Of a stretch of DNA of 64,000 bases, positions 39,583-49,363 are shown one piece after another (positions within the stretch are counted from its first letter, which is position 1; every line of letters starts with the position of its first letter). The translations under genes and the position numbers were made by a program. A model generated the notes under the pieces. That model made no database searches and had not been told where the DNA came from. It saw nothing but the letters and a program-made list of their open reading frames with translations. The stretch covers positions 134,295 to 198,294 of the forward strand of contig CAWDOM010000005.1 in the NCBI GenBank assembly GCA_963803925.1, given 5' to 3'. Source of the stretch: an uncultured Actinomycetota bacterium. Lineage in GTDB: Bacteria; Actinomycetota; Thermoleophilia; RBG-16-64-13.

Positions 39583-41694
39583 CTAGTAGTTGCCCCAGAA
39601 CTTCACTGCTTGGATCTTCAGCCGGAGATCGCACTGTAGGCAGCGCTCCGACTCATATCTCGCCTCGTCCTCTTGCATGGTGCGGCTCATCTCGCAGAAG
39701 CCGGTCAGCCGTTCTTCGGCCGGGAGCAGGCAGGTCCCGGCGCCGCGGGCAAGCTGCGCGAACCCCTCGCCCGGCCCCAGGCGCGGGTCGAGCTCGGCCA
39801 CGGGCGCCAGCTTGCGGTCTATGCGACCGCTGCCTCCCAGATACTTGTCCATGGCGACTGCCGCCTTGCGACCCGAAGCGATGGCCTTGATCACTGTGGA
39901 TGTGCCGTACACCGCGTCGCCGGCGGCGAACACGCCCTCACGACTGGTCGACAGCGAATACTCGTCGAGCTCCACCAGACCCCGGTCGGTCTTGTCCACC
40001 CCGAACCCCTCAGGGAGGTCTGGCCGCTGGCCGACCGCGAAGATGACAGTGTCGGCGTCGACCACGTGGTTGGAATCGCCCACCGTCTCGATTTGCGGAA
40101 GACCGTTCTCATCGAAGTGGAAGGTGTCAACGTCGAGTAGCTCGACTCCGGTCACCCTGCCATCGCTAGCGTGGATTCGGGTGGAAGTGTGGGCGGCATC
40201 GATTGTGACGCCTTCATCCTCGCCCTGCTCGATCTCCTCGGCGCTCGCGGGCATCTCGGCGCGGCATTCCAGGCAGGCGATGCGGACCTCTTCGGCGCCG
40301 AGGCGTCGCGCCACGCGGGCGCAATCGAATGCCACGTTGCCGCCACCCAGCACGACGACTTTGCCGCCCAGAGCCACCTCGTTGCCCAGACTCACGTCGC
40401 GCAAGAAATCGACGCTGACCAGGGCGCCCTCGCTGTTCGCGCCCGGTAAGCGGAGCTTCGCCCCCTTGTGCGCTCCCACGGCGATCAGCGCCGCGTCGTA
40501 CCCCTCGTCTACGAGCGCGTCGACCGACTCCACCCGCGTGCCGGTCTTGATCATCACCCCAGCGTTCGCGATCTCGTCGATCTCGCTCTTCAGCACCTCG
40601 CGCGGCAGCCGGTACTCGGGCACCCCATAGCGCAACATGCCCCCCGGCTCAGGCAGGGCCTCGAAGACCGTGACCTCGTGCCCCTGCAGACGCAGCGCGT
40701 AGGCCGCCGTCAGGCCGGCCGGCCCGGCGCCCACGATGGCAACTCGCTTGCCGGTGTCGTCTTTGGGCGTGGAGTTTTCTCTCCAGAGCGCCACGTCGTC
40801 CCGAGCCGCCGCGAAACGCTTCAGCTCCCTGATGGAGACCGCTTCGTTCACGTGCCCGCGCCGGCACTCGCTCTCACACGGATGCTCGCACACGTAGCCC
40901 AGCACCAGCGGGAACGGCACCTTCTCTCTGATCACGGCCACGGCGGTCGCGTAGTCGCCCTCCTTGATCGCCCGCACATAGCGGGGAACGTCGATCTCGG
41001 CCGGACACGTGCTCTTGCAGGGAACGAGAGCCGCTTTGCGATTCCTGTCCTGCATGAGCTCTTCTTTGTCCTGTATGGCCCCCGTGGGGCACACTTCGGC
41101 ACACGTCCCGCAGAACCGGCAGCCGGAATCGGCCAGGGATTCGCCTTCGGCGGTGTAGATATATGACTCGCTGCCCCGCTTCTTGTAGTGCAAGACGTTG
41201 ATCTCGCGCAGGTCGCCGCAGGCCCGCACGCACCGGCCGCAGAGCACGCACTTGTTAGGATCGTATACAAGAAGCGGGTTGCGGGCGTTGACCGGCAAGA
41301 GCTTTGGCCGCCTGTTGACACGGAGTTCCTCGACGCCCAGATACTGCTTGAGCGATTGGAGTTCACAGTTGAGGTACTTCTGACAGGTGCCGCATTCCGG
41401 CGGATGCCCTACCAGGAGCAGCTCCATAGCCAGCCTTCGCAGACGGGAGATCTCGTCAGACTGGGTGCGTACGACCAGGCCGTCGGCGACCGGGGTCGAG
41501 CACGCGGCCACCACGCCGTCCACTCCCTCTACCTCGACGACGCAGAGCCGGCAGACGCCTCCCGGCGGCAGATCGGGATGGTCGCACAGGTGAGGCACGT
41601 AGATGCCGGCTTCGAGGGCGGCGTGCAGCAGGCTGCCACCCGTCTCGGCCGTCACCTCGCGGCCGTCGATGGTGAAGCTGACGGTCGCGCTCAT
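39583..41694 (-). CDS. Multidomain FeS flavoprotein: N-terminal [2Fe-2S] ferredoxin (NuoG/FdhA-N-like), two [4Fe-4S] ferredoxin motifs, and a C-terminal glutamate-synthase-small-subunit (GltD)-like FAD/NAD(P)H oxidoreductase
   Basis: 703 aa with CxxC..C cluster motifs (CDHPDL..C..C; CGTCQKYLNC; CVLCGRCVRAC; CRFCGTCAEVCP) followed by VAIVGAGPAGLTAAY ... GDAVYG. Confidence 0.75.
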   Translation of the reverse strand: MSATVSFTIDGREVTAETGGSLLHAALEAGIYVPHLCDHPDLPPGGVCRLCVVEVEGVDGVVAACSTPVADGLVVRTQSDEISRLRRLAMELLLVGHPPECGTCQKYLNCELQSLKQYLGVEELRVNRRPKLLPVNARNPLLVYDPNKCVLCGRCVRACGDLREINVLHYKKRGSESYIYTAEGESLADSGCRFCGTCAEVCPTGAIQDKEELMQDRNRKAALVPCKSTCPAEIDVPRYVRAIKEGDYATAVAVIREKVPFPLVLGYVCEHPCESECRRGHVNEAVSIRELKRFAAARDDVALWRENSTPKDDTGKRVAIVGAGPAGLTAAYALRLQGHEVTVFEALPEPGGMLRYGVPEYRLPREVLKSEIDEIANAGVMIKTGTRVESVDALVDEGYDAALIAVGAHKGAKLRLPGANSEGALVSVDFLRDVSLGNEVALGGKVVVLGGGNVAFDCARVARRLGAEEVRIACLECRAEMPASAEEIEQGEDEGVTIDAAHTSTRIHASDGRVTGVELLDVDTFHFDENGLPQIETVGDSNHVVDADTVIFAVGQRPDLPEGFGVDKTDRGLVELDEYSLSTSREGVFAAGDAVYGTSTVIKAIASGRKAAVAMDKYLGGSGRIDRKLAPVAELDPRLGPGEGFAQLARGAGTCLLPAEERLTGFCEMSRTMQEDEARYESERCLQCDLRLKIQAVKFWGNY

Positions 41695-42833
41695 CGACCC
41701 GCTCCCGGACAGCGCTTGGCCTGCAGGTGCGCCGCGAAGTCGTCGGCAAATAGCTCGGCGGCGCTCAGGGCCGGCAGCGCCGCGCCCTGGCCAAGACTAC
41801 AGATGCTGCCCGGCTTCATGGCCTCGCCCAGCTCGCGCAGCAGATCCATCTGCTCCTCGGTCGCCCGGCCTTCGACGGCCTCGTTCAGAATATCGAGCAC
41901 CTGCCGCGATCCCTCACGGCAGAACACGCACTTGCCGCACGACTCCTCGTGCAGACGGGCGGTGATATCGCGAGCCATCTCGACTCCACACCGCCCGGCC
42001 GCGAACACCTCGACTCCCCCCCAACCCATTCCGGTTCCCGCCTCGCGGAGTGTCTCGTGGTCGATCGGGGTCTCGAGGGCCTCGCCGGCCAGGAAAGGCC
42101 CCGCCGGCCCGCCGAACTGTACGGCCTTGATCTCGGCTGCGCGGAGCGGACGGCCCTCCACTTGCTCTATGGCCGCGCGTATGGTCGTGCCCAACGGCAC
42201 CTCGACCGTGCCGGGCTTCGTCACGTCGCCGAACACCGCGATCACCTTCGTCCCAGCGCCTTCGACGCCGTCCTGCTCGCTGAACACCGCCGCGACCGCC
42301 GCCAGGGTCTCGGCGGTCTCGACCAGCGTCGGCGCGCCCGCGGCTCCGGCCGCGCTGCCGGCGCCGCGCAGATACGGCAGCGGTTGCCTGCCTTCGAGCG
42401 CCCTGATGAGGGCGGTCTCTTCGCCCGTGACGAGAGAGGCGGGCACCTCGACTACGCGAATACCCGCCGCGCCGCTGCCGCCGCTCGCCGGCGCGCCTTC
42501 CACGGCCTGGGTGAGCGCCGCGAACCCCTCGCTCTCAGGATCCACGCACACCACGCACGAATCGGCTCCCACGGCGTGGCCCGCGATCAGCAGACCATCG
42601 AGTACCGCTCGAGGGTTGCGCCGCAGAACGAAACCCGACACCTCCGCCCGCCGGTCGCCATCGACCGCGTTGCAGACCACGACCTTGCCGGCCCCCGGCG
42701 CCTCGCGCACGCGCAGCCAGCGGTCGGCGAGCAGCCGGCCGGCGCCCCCTTGCTCGCGCAACCCGGCCTCTTGCAGACGGGCGATGACTTCTTCGGCCTT
42801 GAGCTCCAGCACCTGCTCGGGAGTCAGGGTCAC
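41691..42833 (-). CDS. NuoF / HoxF-like NADH-dehydrogenase FMN-FeS subunit homolog (SLBB + 4Fe-4S)
   Basis: EQGGAGRLLADRW...VVCNAVDGD... and ESCGKCVFCREG. A GTG start with a GGAGG RBS is preferred; the ORF track's TTG start is at 42848. ATGA overlap with the downstream gene. Confidence 0.6.
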   Translation of the reverse strand: MTLTPEQVLELKAEEVIARLQEAGLREQGGAGRLLADRWLRVREAPGAGKVVVCNAVDGDRRAEVSGFVLRRNPRAVLDGLLIAGHAVGADSCVVCVDPESEGFAALTQAVEGAPASGGSGAAGIRVVEVPASLVTGEETALIRALEGRQPLPYLRGAGSAAGAAGAPTLVETAETLAAVAAVFSEQDGVEGAGTKVIAVFGDVTKPGTVEVPLGTTIRAAIEQVEGRPLRAAEIKAVQFGGPAGPFLAGEALETPIDHETLREAGTGMGWGGVEVFAAGRCGVEMARDITARLHEESCGKCVFCREGSRQVLDILNEAVEGRATEEQMDLLRELGEAMKPGSICSLGQGAALPALSAAELFADDFAAHLQAKRCPGAGR

Positions 42834-43123
42834 ACGACCTCCACCCAATGTCCGATCTCGCCGGGCGCCCTGAACAGAGGCTCGATCGTCGCGCCGAACT
42901 TCTTGAAGTGCTCGGTCGAAAGGTGGTAGGCGATCGCCTTCTCGTCTTCATACTGCTCGTAGAAGATGAAATCGTCGGGGTTCTCGGCCGAGCGATGCAG
43001 CGAATAGAGGATGGCCCCGGGATCGCTCATGACGAGGGGCCGCATCCACGTGTAGGCGGCGATGAACTCCTCTGCCTTGCCCGGCGCTATGTGCACTTCA
43101 GCCGTGATTATCTTCATGATCAA
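42830..43123 (-). CDS. ABM (antibiotic-biosynthesis-monooxygenase-like) domain protein
   Basis: 97 aa; ferredoxin-like ABM pattern. Confidence 0.5.
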   Translation of the reverse strand: MIMKIITAEVHIAPGKAEEFIAAYTWMRPLVMSDPGAILYSLHRSAENPDDFIFYEQYEDEKAIAYHLSTEHFKKFGATIEPLFRAPGEIGHWVEVV

Positions 43124-43169
43124 CCCTCTCTTGTCGTAAGGTTCTACCTACACACCACGCGCGGAGCGA

Positions 43170-44180
43170 TCATCCGAAGTCGATGCCGTAGCCCCGCGCA
43201 TAGAACATCGCCGGCTTCGGCATGAGCATGCGCCACACCTCGCCGCACGCAGACAGATCCTCGGCGCTCAATTCGAGCTCCAGCGCACCGAGGTTCTCGT
43301 CCAACTGCTCGACCGACGACACCCCGCACACGACGGAAGTCACCAGCCGGTCGTGGAGCAGCCAGGCGATCGACAACTGAGACAGGCTGCGGTCGCCCGC
43401 GATCTCCTTCAGCCGTCTGACCGCGCCGAAGTACCTGGGGTCCCATGTGGCGGGATACGGCTTGACGCCCGGAGGTGGCGGCTTGGTGGGGTCGTGCTCG
43501 AGGAATCTGCCCGACAGCATGCCTCCGGCCAGAGCTCCCCAGACATTGATGCCGACTCCCTCGGCTTCGCACAGCTTGGTCATCTCGATCTCACAATCGC
43601 GGGCCACGAGATTCCACACCAACTGGATGCAGTCGGGCCGGGCCAGACCGTGCTTGTCGGCGTGCCAGAGTGCCTTGCACACCTGCCACGCGTAGAAGTT
43701 GGAGAGCCCTACATAGAGGACCTTGCCCTCGCGCACCAGGTCGTTCAGAGTGTCGAGCGACTCCTCGATGGGCGTAGTGTAGTCGGGCTCGTGCAGGTAG
43801 TAGATGTCGACGTAGTCGGTCTGCAGGCGCCTGAGGCTCTCCTCGAGGCTCAGCCTGAGGTGCTTGCGATTGAGTCCCCGGTCGTTGACGCCCGGCCCCG
43901 TGATCGCCGCGACCTTGGTCGTCAGCACCACCGAGTCGCGCCTGCCCTTCAAGGCCCGGCCGACGACCTGCTCGGCCGGTCCGCGTTCGGGCGTGTCCCA
44001 CCTGTCTTTGCCGTAGATGTCGGCTGTGTCGAGGCAGTTGACACCCGCGTCCAACGCCCGGTCGACGATCCGGACCGCGGTCGGCTCATCCACCTTGTTG
44101 CCGAACCAGAGAGTGCCGAGCGCGAGCGCCGACACCTTCAGGCCCGACTTTCCCATCCTGCGGTACTCCATCGGTGACAT
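43170..44180 (-). CDS. Aldo/keto reductase
   Basis: MEYRRMGKSGLKVSALALGT... with D-Y-K-H catalytic residues. GAAGGAGAT RBS. Confidence 0.85.
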   Translation of the reverse strand: MSPMEYRRMGKSGLKVSALALGTLWFGNKVDEPTAVRIVDRALDAGVNCLDTADIYGKDRWDTPERGPAEQVVGRALKGRRDSVVLTTKVAAITGPGVNDRGLNRKHLRLSLEESLRRLQTDYVDIYYLHEPDYTTPIEESLDTLNDLVREGKVLYVGLSNFYAWQVCKALWHADKHGLARPDCIQLVWNLVARDCEIEMTKLCEAEGVGINVWGALAGGMLSGRFLEHDPTKPPPPGVKPYPATWDPRYFGAVRRLKEIAGDRSLSQLSIAWLLHDRLVTSVVCGVSSVEQLDENLGALELELSAEDLSACGEVWRMLMPKPAMFYARGYGIDFG

Positions 44181-44193
44181 GGTGGATCTCCTT

Positions 44194-44901
44194 CTAACCG
44201 CCGAGGTAGGCCTTCTGAACGATGTCGCTGCATCTGATGGCCTCGGCGTCGCCCGAGAAGACCACTCTGCCTACCTCGAGCACGTACCCTGTCTGGCACA
44301 CCCCAAGCGCGAGGTGGGCGTTCTGCTCGACAAGGAGAACACTGATGCCTTCGCCGTTGATCTTCCTTATGACCTCGCCCACCTGCTCGACCACGATGGG
44401 AGCAAGTCCCACGGACGGCTCGTCCAGACACAGCAGACGGGGATTCGCCATGAGCCCTCGTCCGATGGCCAGCATCTGCTGCTCACCACCGCTCAAGGTG
44501 CCCGCGTTCTGCTTCAACCGCTCCTTGAGTCGCGGGAAGAGTTCGAAGACATACGCCATCGAATCGGCGACGCCGCCTTTGTCTCTGCGTACCGTCGCAC
44601 CAAGCTTCAGGTTGGTGTGCACCGGCAGGTAGGGGAAGAGCTGCCGCCCCTCGGGAACCAGCACCAAACCCCTCTTGACCCGCGCGGCGGTCTCCAGACC
44701 TTGCAGGTTCTGGCCGTCGAACCGGATCTGACCGGCCTGGATGGGCACCAGCCCGACCAGTGCCCTGAGGATGGTGCTCTTGCCCGCGCCGTTGGCCCCG
44801 ATGATGGTCACCACTCCGCCCTCGGGCACGTCCACCGTGACGTCCTTGATGGCCAAAGACTTGTGATAGTAGACCGACACGTCTTTGATCTCAACAAACA
44901 T
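44194..44901 (-). CDS. LivF-like ABC transporter ATP-binding protein (intact)
   Basis: GANGAGKST Walker [14 protein letters not shown] signature. Start at MFVEIK; the ORF track extends to 44979. Confidence 0.85.
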   Translation of the reverse strand: MFVEIKDVSVYYHKSLAIKDVTVDVPEGGVVTIIGANGAGKSTILRALVGLVPIQAGQIRFDGQNLQGLETAARVKRGLVLVPEGRQLFPYLPVHTNLKLGATVRRDKGGVADSMAYVFELFPRLKERLKQNAGTLSGGEQQMLAIGRGLMANPRLLCLDEPSVGLAPIVVEQVGEVIRKINGEGISVLLVEQNAHLALGVCQTGYVLEVGRVVFSGDAEAIRCSDIVQKAYLGG

Positions 44902-45652
44902 AGTCGGCTCCAAAGTACGCGGAGATGACCTCCTGGTTGGCCCTGACCTCATCCGGGAGGCCCTCGCAGATCTTCTCACCGAAGCTGATCACCACCACGC
45001 GGTCGCACAGCTTCAAGATCTGCATGTTGTGCTCCACGATGAGCACGGTGATGCCGTTGTCGCGCATGCCGCGAATAGCATCCAAGCTGCGTTGGATCTC
45101 AGAGGGGTTCATGCCCGCCAGCGGCTCGTCCAGCAGGAGCAGCGTGGGCCTCGTTGCGAGAGCCCGGGCCACGCCCAGCATCTTCTGGTGTCCGTGGGCA
45201 AGGTTCCTCGCCAGTTCGTTGGTCACCTTCGAGAGACCGACGATGTCGAGAATCTGATGGGCCATCTCCTCTACGAACTTCTCATTGCGCCGGTACTTCG
45301 GCGTGCCGAAGAAGATGTCCAGGAGGCTCGAGTGCGGATGGAGTTCGAACGAAGAGGTCACGTTCTGAAGCACGGTGAACTCTGGGAACAGAGGGTTGAG
45401 CTGGAACGTGCGCCCGATGCCCAGCTTGGCCACCTGGTTGGGCTGGCTGCGCGTGATATCGATGTCGCGGAACTTGATGGCGCCGCTCGTGACCGGCAAC
45501 ACGCCGGTGATGAGGTTGAAGACCGTCGACTTACCGGCGCCGTTCGGGCCGATGAGACCGACGATCTCGCCCTCGGCGACGTCGATGTCGAAATCGCCGA
45601 CCGCCTTCAGACCACCGAAGCGCTTGGTGAGTCCCCTAATCTCGAGAAGCAT
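44891..45652 (-). CDS. LivG-like ABC transporter ATP-binding protein (intact)
   Basis: GPNGAGKST; LAHGHQKMLGVARALA; [11 protein letters not shown]. Confidence 0.85.
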   Translation of the reverse strand: MLLEIRGLTKRFGGLKAVGDFDIDVAEGEIVGLIGPNGAGKSTVFNLITGVLPVTSGAIKFRDIDITRSQPNQVAKLGIGRTFQLNPLFPEFTVLQNVTSSFELHPHSSLLDIFFGTPKYRRNEKFVEEMAHQILDIVGLSKVTNELARNLAHGHQKMLGVARALATRPTLLLLDEPLAGMNPSEIQRSLDAIRGMRDNGITVLIVEHNMQILKLCDRVVVISFGEKICEGLPDEVRANQEVISAYFGADYVC

Positions 45653-46673
45653 CGGTCGCCACCTCCTTCCTACTCACCATGTTCACAACGCGGCCCTTGA
45701 TCAGCTTCACCAAGCCGACGATGCCGTCGGGCAAGAGGAACGCGATGATGAGCAGTATGGCGGCGGTGACGTACGGAAGATCGCCCTTCAGATCGCGGAA
45801 GAAGAACTCCGGAACGATCAGGAGCACAAGCACTCCCACAGAGGGGCCCCAGAAGCTGTTCAGTCCGCCGACGAGCACGTACATGATGATCAAGAGTGTC
45901 GCGCCAAGACCATAGCTACTCGGGGAGGCGACCCCTGTGTAGTGACAGTAGAAAGCGCCTAGTAGACCCGCGAAGAAACTACTGAACGCGACCGCCAGGA
46001 TACGGTTGCCCCTTTCCCCGATGCCGACACTCGCCGCCACCTGGTGAGATTGAGCTACGGCCTTCATCCTGACGCCGATCCGGCTGAACTCGAATCTGTA
46101 CATGCAGACCAGGCTGACGACCGTCAAACCGAGGCCCAGGTAGTAGTAGTTGGTCCGGTCGCTGAACAACGGCTGCACTCCGCCCAATCCGGTGCTCATG
46201 CCGGTCGTCTTCCCGCCCGCTGTGATGAGGTTCATGATGACGTAGCCCAGAAAGAGCGTGCCCATCGCGTAGTAGACGGTCCGCAGACGCGCAAATGGAA
46301 AAGCGATGATGCTGCCGACGATCGTCGCGGCGACGGCGCCGAGAGGGATGGTTATCCACGGCGACCAATGCAGCCAAACCCCAGGAATCGCGGCGGCGTA
46401 CGCGCCGACGCCCATGAACGCGCCTTGAGCGATGTTGAACTGCCCGGATATAGATATCGTCCTGAAGCCGCTTGACACAACGATGTATACAAACGCGAGG
46501 ATGAGAACATGCATGTAGTAGGACCCGGCTATGGCCAAGGGGAGCAGCGCCAACACGACGATGATCACGCCCACGGAAACCAGGCCGGCCCAGCGCCGTT
46601 CTTTCGCCCCGGAAGCCTCTCCCTTCTTCGCCGGCTCCGGATGCTCTGCAGAGATGGTTTCTATCTCACTCAT
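45636..46673 (-). CDS. LivM-like ABC permease (intact)
   Basis: 345 aa polytopic; HAAT permease. Confidence 0.8.
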   Translation of the reverse strand: MSEIETISAEHPEPAKKGEASGAKERRWAGLVSVGVIIVVLALLPLAIAGSYYMHVLILAFVYIVVSSGFRTISISGQFNIAQGAFMGVGAYAAAIPGVWLHWSPWITIPLGAVAATIVGSIIAFPFARLRTVYYAMGTLFLGYVIMNLITAGGKTTGMSTGLGGVQPLFSDRTNYYYLGLGLTVVSLVCMYRFEFSRIGVRMKAVAQSHQVAASVGIGERGNRILAVAFSSFFAGLLGAFYCHYTGVASPSSYGLGATLLIIMYVLVGGLNSFWGPSVGVLVLLIVPEFFFRDLKGDLPYVTAAILLIIAFLLPDGIVGLVKLIKGRVVNMVSRKEVATDASRD

Positions 46674-47532
46674 GACCGAAGAACCCCTTGGGCCGGATGA
46701 CTAGTAGGGCAAGAACCATGATCGACGCCAGCGCATCGACGACCGCTCCGTTCAAGAAAACCGGCAGCGCCCCGTAGAGCACGCCCAGCAGAGCTCCGAC
46801 GTAGAAGATGCCGTTGAAGCTGCCGAGCCCCGCAAGTATCACGAGCATCAGCACCTTGATGAGCGAGACGTCACCGATGAACGGCGTCAGGTTGTACAGC
46901 GTTCCCATGAACACACCGCCGATGGCGGCGAGCCCGAAACCGACGGCGCAGGCGATAGCGGCGACCTGACTGAAGCGTATGCCCTGCAGAGCGGCGCCTT
47001 CCCTGTTCTGGGTGACTGCCTGCATCCTGGCTCCCCAACGAGAACGATCGACGAACAGGATAATCGCGACCAGCAAGACGACGCCGATACAGAAGGCCAG
47101 GATCCGGTCGGTCTCGATCGGATACGAGCCGAGGTTGGTTGTCCCATTCAGCAATGATGGGATGGAGAGTGCCCTAGTGCCGAGGAACCGGTTGAAGGTG
47201 GTCACGAGGATCGTGGAAAGAGCGATACAAACCATCATCGTACGGTTGAAGTCGGCCTTCATGGGCCTGAACAAGAACCTCTCCACAAGCACGCCGAACG
47301 CAGCGGCGAGCAAGACGGTCAGGGGGAAGGCGACGAATCCAGGCAACTCGAGTTTGACCACCATCAGATAGCAGCCATACGCCGCGGACATGAATATCGC
47401 GCCGTGGGCCAGGTTGAAGATCCCAAGCAAGTTGAGGATGAAGGCGAATCCCACGCCCATCAGGATGTAGACCATCCCGAGTAGGACCACATTGATAACT
47501 GTTTGAACTGCGAGTTCCACTATGTCAACCAA
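46666..47532 (-). CDS. LivH-like ABC permease (intact)
   Basis: 288 aa polytopic. Confidence 0.8.
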   Translation of the reverse strand: MVDIVELAVQTVINVVLLGMVYILMGVGFAFILNLLGIFNLAHGAIFMSAAYGCYLMVVKLELPGFVAFPLTVLLAAAFGVLVERFLFRPMKADFNRTMMVCIALSTILVTTFNRFLGTRALSIPSLLNGTTNLGSYPIETDRILAFCIGVVLLVAIILFVDRSRWGARMQAVTQNREGAALQGIRFSQVAAIACAVGFGLAAIGGVFMGTLYNLTPFIGDVSLIKVLMLVILAGLGSFNGIFYVGALLGVLYGALPVFLNGAVVDALASIMVLALLVIRPKGFFGHE

Positions 47533-47652
47533 TCACGTCTTCTATCGCTGTTGTAGTCGACGAACCGGGAGCCGGCTGGTACGGCGCCTCTCGAGCACCC
47601 GCTCGACGCTCCGCACCAGCCGGCTCGTTCTATATGTCAGCCAGTTAGGTGG

Positions 47653-48942
47653 CTACGGGGTCACGTCCGGGATCATCCAGGGTTTGTACTCAACCTGTCC
47701 GTTGTTGACGAGGCATACTGGGATCGGATTGGCCCACGCGTGGTTGGTCAGACCGTACAACTGGTTCCCGCTCGGGAAGCCGTCACCGTAGAGCGTCGGG
47801 AGGCTGGTCAGCGTCTCCCACTTCTTCGCTACCTCGGTTGGATCGAGACTGTCGGCGGCCTCGATCGCGCCCTTCAGAAGATACAGGGCGTTCGGCGCCA
47901 GTCCGAACACGTGCCGGTTGGGGTCTCCCATCTCCAGCAGCCTCTTCATCACGGGCGCCATGTTCGGGTCGGTAACCTGCTTGCTCAGCACGCCGACGAG
48001 GCCGGTCGCGGCGTCGCCAAGGGCAGCAACCGCCGACGGAGCGTCGATCGGGAAGCCGATGGGCCCTTCGTAGCCCAGCGTGCGCAGCCCCTTGATGATG
48101 CCGAAGAACGACGGGTCGATGCCGATGGTCAGCCATACGGCGTCGGGGTTCTGAGCCTTGATCTTGGCGGCGATCGGATTGTAGTCCTCAGCGTTGGTGG
48201 CAAAGAGCACCGGATCGCCCGAGAGGGTCACACCGGCTCTCTCGGCGACAGCCATGAAGTGCGGCTCGAAGGCCGCGAACGTCGCGTCTTCGGAGGCCAA
48301 GGCCACGGTCTTGATGTCGGGATAGTACTGCTGGAGTGCCTTCAGAGTGGTCGAATGCTGGGTGATCGGGTCGAGACCCAGGAACGCGTAAGGAGTGTTC
48401 GCATTCATCTCGGCCGGATTGAGGCCGTTGTAGTTACCTACGTGCAGCACTTTGTTCTGCTCGAAGATCGGGGTGGTCGCCAGGTTGAAGAACGCGCCCG
48501 GGCCTACCACGAACTGGAGTTTCTCGTCGAGAACGAGCTTGGTGGCGGCGGCGCTGTTGCCGTCGAGGCTGCTCTTGCCGTCTTCGATGACCAGCTCGAT
48601 CTTGTAGCTCTTGCCCTGGACCTTGATGCCACCGTCGTCATTGATCATCTGGGCGACGTATTCGAGGTCCACCTTGTCGGCTGCGTCGACGACCGAGTAC
48701 CAGTCGGTCAGCGACAGGATGGCGCCGATCCTCAGTGTCTCCATCGGGGCGGCACCGGTCGTGTCAGTCGAGGCCGGGGCGGTGGTGGCCGGTCCGGCGG
48801 TGGTGGCCGGGCCCGCGGTGGTCGCCGTGGTGGCTGGGGCAGCGGTCGTGGTGGTCTCGTCGTCGCCTCCACAAGCCGCGAGAAGCAGGCCCAGCGCCAT
48901 CACCAGCAGCAGCACGCCTACTATCCATTTTGACTTCTTCAT
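47653..48942 (-). CDS. ABC transporter substrate-binding lipoprotein, Liv-type family
   Basis: Lipobox LLAACGGDD, Thr/Ala/Pro-rich linker, PBP1 fold. GAGGGGAG RBS. Confidence 0.8.
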   Translation of the reverse strand: MKKSKWIVGVLLLVMALGLLLAACGGDDETTTTAAPATTATTAGPATTAGPATTAPASTDTTGAAPMETLRIGAILSLTDWYSVVDAADKVDLEYVAQMINDDGGIKVQGKSYKIELVIEDGKSSLDGNSAAATKLVLDEKLQFVVGPGAFFNLATTPIFEQNKVLHVGNYNGLNPAEMNANTPYAFLGLDPITQHSTTLKALQQYYPDIKTVALASEDATFAAFEPHFMAVAERAGVTLSGDPVLFATNAEDYNPIAAKIKAQNPDAVWLTIGIDPSFFGIIKGLRTLGYEGPIGFPIDAPSAVAALGDAATGLVGVLSKQVTDPNMAPVMKRLLEMGDPNRHVFGLAPNALYLLKGAIEAADSLDPTEVAKKWETLTSLPTLYGDGFPSGNQLYGLTNHAWANPIPVCLVNNGQVEYKPWMIPDVTP

Positions 48943-49082
48943 GTCACTCCCCTCTACAGGTTACGATACGAACTATTCACGTCTCTTGGCTCCTTCGTCT
49001 TGCGCCCTTGCCCTCATACCCCCTTTCGGATCGCCTCGAGGCGCTCTCCCTGTCGTTCGCCAACTCGGGCGACAGCATGCCG

Positions 49083-49361
49083 CTAGCCGCCACTGTGAAA
49101 CCGTGTCAACAACAACTCGCCCCCCGCCTCTATGGCCTCATCCTTGTCTTGCGGCCATGCGACGGGCCGGCCCTCCGACCTGAGAAAGATCGCGTAGTGC
49201 AACCTGCCCTCGGGATCGAACATGGCGTCACCCAAGCCAGGATTGCGCCGCACGAGTTCGTCGAGCGCACTGCCCACGCTCCAGACGTCACCTTCCATCT
49301 CGGTCGTCTCGGCCGCGGTGAAGCGACGCAGGTCGCCCAATACGCGTACGGTGATGGGCAT
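49083..49361 (-). CDS. MoaD/ThiS-family beta-grasp sulfur-carrier-like protein ending in Gly-Gly
   Basis: 92 aa; C-terminus ...TRFHSGG followed by the stop. Confidence 0.45.
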   Translation of the reverse strand: MPITVRVLGDLRRFTAAETTEMEGDVWSVGSALDELVRRNPGLGDAMFDPEGRLHYAIFLRSEGRPVAWPQDKDEAIEAGGELLLTRFHSGG

Positions 49362-49363
49362 GC

